From NCBI GenBank assembly GCA_041640595.1, contig JBEPZY010000003.1:540342-604341 (forward strand): a DNA stretch of 64,000 bases, written 5' to 3'. The DNA comes from Gemmatales bacterium (GTDB taxonomy: Bacteria > Planctomycetota > Planctomycetia > Gemmatales > HRBIN36). How positions within the stretch are numbered: position 1 is the stretch's first letter; every line of letters starts with the position of its first letter. Under the pieces are notes generated by a model, which was not told the DNA's origin, did no database searches, and saw nothing but the letters and a program-made list of their open reading frames with translations. This document shows, in pieces, positions 61,743 to 64,000 of the stretch. Both the position numbers and the translations under genes were made by a program.

Positions 61743-62612
61743 TCATGGAGCATCTTCGGCGTCGTATTCGTAAACACGTACCTGTCCGTTGTTGATGATG
61801 GTTTGCTTGAAGCGCTGGCGGACACTCGGTTGCGGCGCCGAAGCAGGCAAGCTGGCTACCGCTGGTCGGGTTTCCGCAGGAGCTTCCGTAGCCAGTCCGG
61901 CCAGGCGTTTGTGCCAGCTCGGCGAGGCCCCACTCGTTTTCACCTCCTGTGCGTCGTCCGGTCGCCTCACCACCAGCCGCAAGCTGCCGGTGTCCGCATA
62001 AACGCTCAAAATCTCCGCCTGTTCCAGCGTCACCCGCAACGTAACCCGATCATACGTCTTGGCGATGGTGCCTTCGGGAATCTGCGGTTGCTGGTCAATC
62101 GCCAGGACTTCGATGTTCTGCAAAATGGTGTGGGCATACGGTTGATTTCCCTCTCCTCGCATCTGCGTCGCCACCACATCCACCCGTGAACCGGGCAGAA
62201 TGAATCCGCCCGCGGCACTATCCAGCGTAACTTTGACGGTCATCAGACGTTCGCCTTCACGGAGTTTGGCAACCAGCGGCTCCTGTCCCGGCGGCAACAG
62301 ATCCTTTTCGGTGAGCACCTTCCCCGCCTCGATAGCCGCACGTAAGGTCCGACCGCGAGCTTTGCGAATATCGCCAATCGCGTCAGCGGGCACTTCACCT
62401 TTGGGGTAAGTCTTCAGCTCAAACCACTGTTTGGGGTCGTCGAGAGTGGTGTAACCGGGCACCCGCTGGGTTGCCACCAGCACGGTAACGTTTTCCTCCA
62501 CCGGGGCCGGTTCCGCCTGGCGACCGAAGTATTTGCTCGTCGCCACGCTGGCGACCAGTCCAGCCAGCACTGCTAATGCCACGGTCAGAATCATTTTGGG
62601 CTTGATTCTCAT
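61743..62612 (-). CDS. cpaB: Flp pilus assembly protein CpaB/RcpC
   Basis: N-terminal TM, SAF domain, 'GGFILPGSRVDV', 'ILQNIEVLAID'. Confidence 0.92.
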   Translation of the reverse strand: MRIKPKMILTVALAVLAGLVASVATSKYFGRQAEPAPVEENVTVLVATQRVPGYTTLDDPKQWFELKTYPKGEVPADAIGDIRKARGRTLRAAIEAGKVLTEKDLLPPGQEPLVAKLREGERLMTVKVTLDSAAGGFILPGSRVDVVATQMRGEGNQPYAHTILQNIEVLAIDQQPQIPEGTIAKTYDRVTLRVTLEQAEILSVYADTGSLRLVVRRPDDAQEVKTSGASPSWHKRLAGLATEAPAETRPAVASLPASAPQPSVRQRFKQTIINNGQVRVYEYDAEDAP

Positions 62613-62879
62613 GAGTCCGCCTCGTTTCCAGGGAGCTGGTCCAAGATGCACCGAGGGGATTACCTATCGCGCGGGGCAGGGTTCATTCCGACCGGACAGG
62701 GCTGGATTTACCCCTGGTCAGACCCTGCCCGATTTGTGCTTCGGCGAAAATCTAGCGAAGACTTGAGATTTTCCGGTTCTGAGGAAAAAATCGAATTTGC
62801 CGGAGTTACCAGGTTTGCGTCGGTTTTGGCGGCCCCGCTGCTATGAAGCGGAGCACCTGCACGGCATGATGCTGGCAAT

Positions 62880-63461
62880 TCACAAGGACAGGCCACGCCA
62901 CGCCAGGTAGCCAAGAAAGCCCAGACACAGCGGCAGGCCGTAAGGAAGCAACACCATTCGCCGTTTGCGCTCCGCCGCCCGTTGGGTGATTTGCTGCCAG
63001 TTCGCAGCCTGTCCCAGGTCGCTGAGAATGTCGCGGGTGTTTTGCCGGTATTCCCGCCAGCGACCGTGCCAGAACATCATGGCAATGGCCAGCACGCCCC
63101 CGATCACCGCCGCCAGGCAGAACCCGTACAGCACGATCCAGAATCCCTCCGTCCAGCCATACAGGGCCCCGATCCAGGCACCGAATCCCATTTGCATTTT
63201 CACATCGCCCGCGCCCATGCCGCCGATGGCGTAAACTGGCCAGAGCAACACAAAGCCGAAGACCAGCAGCGCCAGGCTCGCTCCCAATCCCGACCAGCCG
63301 TGCCACCATCCTGCCAGACCCAAACCGCTCAACATCATGCCGAAGGTCAGCCAGTTGGGCACTTTGAGCTTCCAGCAGTCAATGACCGCGCCGGTTATCA
63401 GCAGGGCGCTGAGTAAAGCCAGGGGCCAGCTTTCGTAGAAAACGTTCACCCAGTCGGTCAT
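62880..63461 (-). CDS. cpaA: Prepilin peptidase CpaA/TadV (A24)
   Basis: 'AVID...KVPNWLT', 'GGMGAGDVK', 'LPYG'. Confidence 0.92.
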   Translation of the reverse strand: MTDWVNVFYESWPLALLSALLITGAVIDCWKLKVPNWLTFGMMLSGLGLAGWWHGWSGLGASLALLVFGFVLLWPVYAIGGMGAGDVKMQMGFGAWIGALYGWTEGFWIVLYGFCLAAVIGGVLAIAMMFWHGRWREYRQNTRDILSDLGQAANWQQITQRAAERKRRMVLLPYGLPLCLGFLGYLAWRGLSL

Positions 63462-63728
63462 GGAATGGCTCCCGAAGTGCCAGGTTGCTTTACCGTGAAG
63501 ATTAGAAAAAAGCACCGATTGCAGACCGGGCAGCATCACTCGCGGAATTGGCCTCGTCGCTGACAATGTGCGCTACCGTGCACTCGCCGCAGCAACAGCC
63601 CGCAAGGGTTTCGCAGGCCGGGCTTGCATTGACCCGACCTGACGAAACCCCAACAGGTCGCTGAATCACGTGAGCCAGCGTTTCGGCACAGGGCCAGGTC
63701 AGCTCCAATGGACACGCCTGCCCGGACG

Positions 63729-63911
63729 CTACTGGGCGTTCTGGATGGTGTCGCTGACCAGCTGGAATTTGCCCTTAGCACTCTGGCCGAGGCTGGTAAT
63801 GGCCGCGATGCAGACCACAATGATCAGGGCCAGCATCACCGCGTACTCGACGGCGGTCGGGCCATCTTCGCTTTGCACGAAGCGTTTCACCGCATGCAGC
63901 ACAGACCTCAT
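63729..63911 (-). CDS. flp: Flp/Fap type IVb pilin
   Basis: 'F..SEDG|PTAVEYAVMLALII' Flp motif; GGAGG RBS. Confidence 0.95.
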   Translation of the reverse strand: MRSVLHAVKRFVQSEDGPTAVEYAVMLALIIVVCIAAITSLGQSAKGKFQLVSDTIQNAQ

Positions 63912-64000
63912 GGCAGTACCCTCCAGTTGATGGGTGCCCAGACTCATCTTTTCCCGGCAGACCGTCTGCCAGGCTCGATCGCTCACGGTGAAGGAGAAGG

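Noticed and set aside
63595..63662. Terminator or ncRNA between flp and cpaA
   Set aside because: Only short stems (for example CGACCTG...CAGGTCG) with long loops and no U-tract; insufficient support.

Overview
A roughly 60% GC window that looks planctomycete-like. This is inferred from the CxxCH/HEAT 'PVC' cytochrome, sulfatase, Ser/Thr kinase-WD40 and two proteins with the LExR extracellular motif. Ordinary content includes panB, rpiB, hemW, folC, a MacAB-type ABC exporter, a DUF2281/PIN toxin-antitoxin pair, a CHASE-PAS hybrid kinase with a REC-RsbW regulator, a STAS/RsbW pair, and a Flp/Tad pilus cluster. Two unusual things stand out. (1) A lower-GC polymorphic-toxin locus at about 21.4-29.5 kb: an LExR + putative-Ig + Thr/Gly/Asp-repeat stalk is joined across a -1 frameshift to a CdiA-type nuclease, followed by a CdiI-like immunity gene. 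After these come a start-less orphan C-terminal cassette sharing a 98/101-bp in-frame homology arm with the stalk, an LRR partner, and a broken Ig-extension cassette. (2) About a dozen unrelated repeat units with CRISPR-like geometry: ten repeat-spacer-repeat units (25-40-bp repeat plus 31-43-bp spacer) and two tandem arrays, with periods in two classes (66-68 and 72-76 bp). They cluster in non-coding or dead DNA. One of them duplicates 34 bp of coding sequence around a 33-bp insert. These may be scars of ectopic Cas1-Cas2-like integration, but no cas genes are in the window. All family calls come from motif recognition by eye, not database searches.
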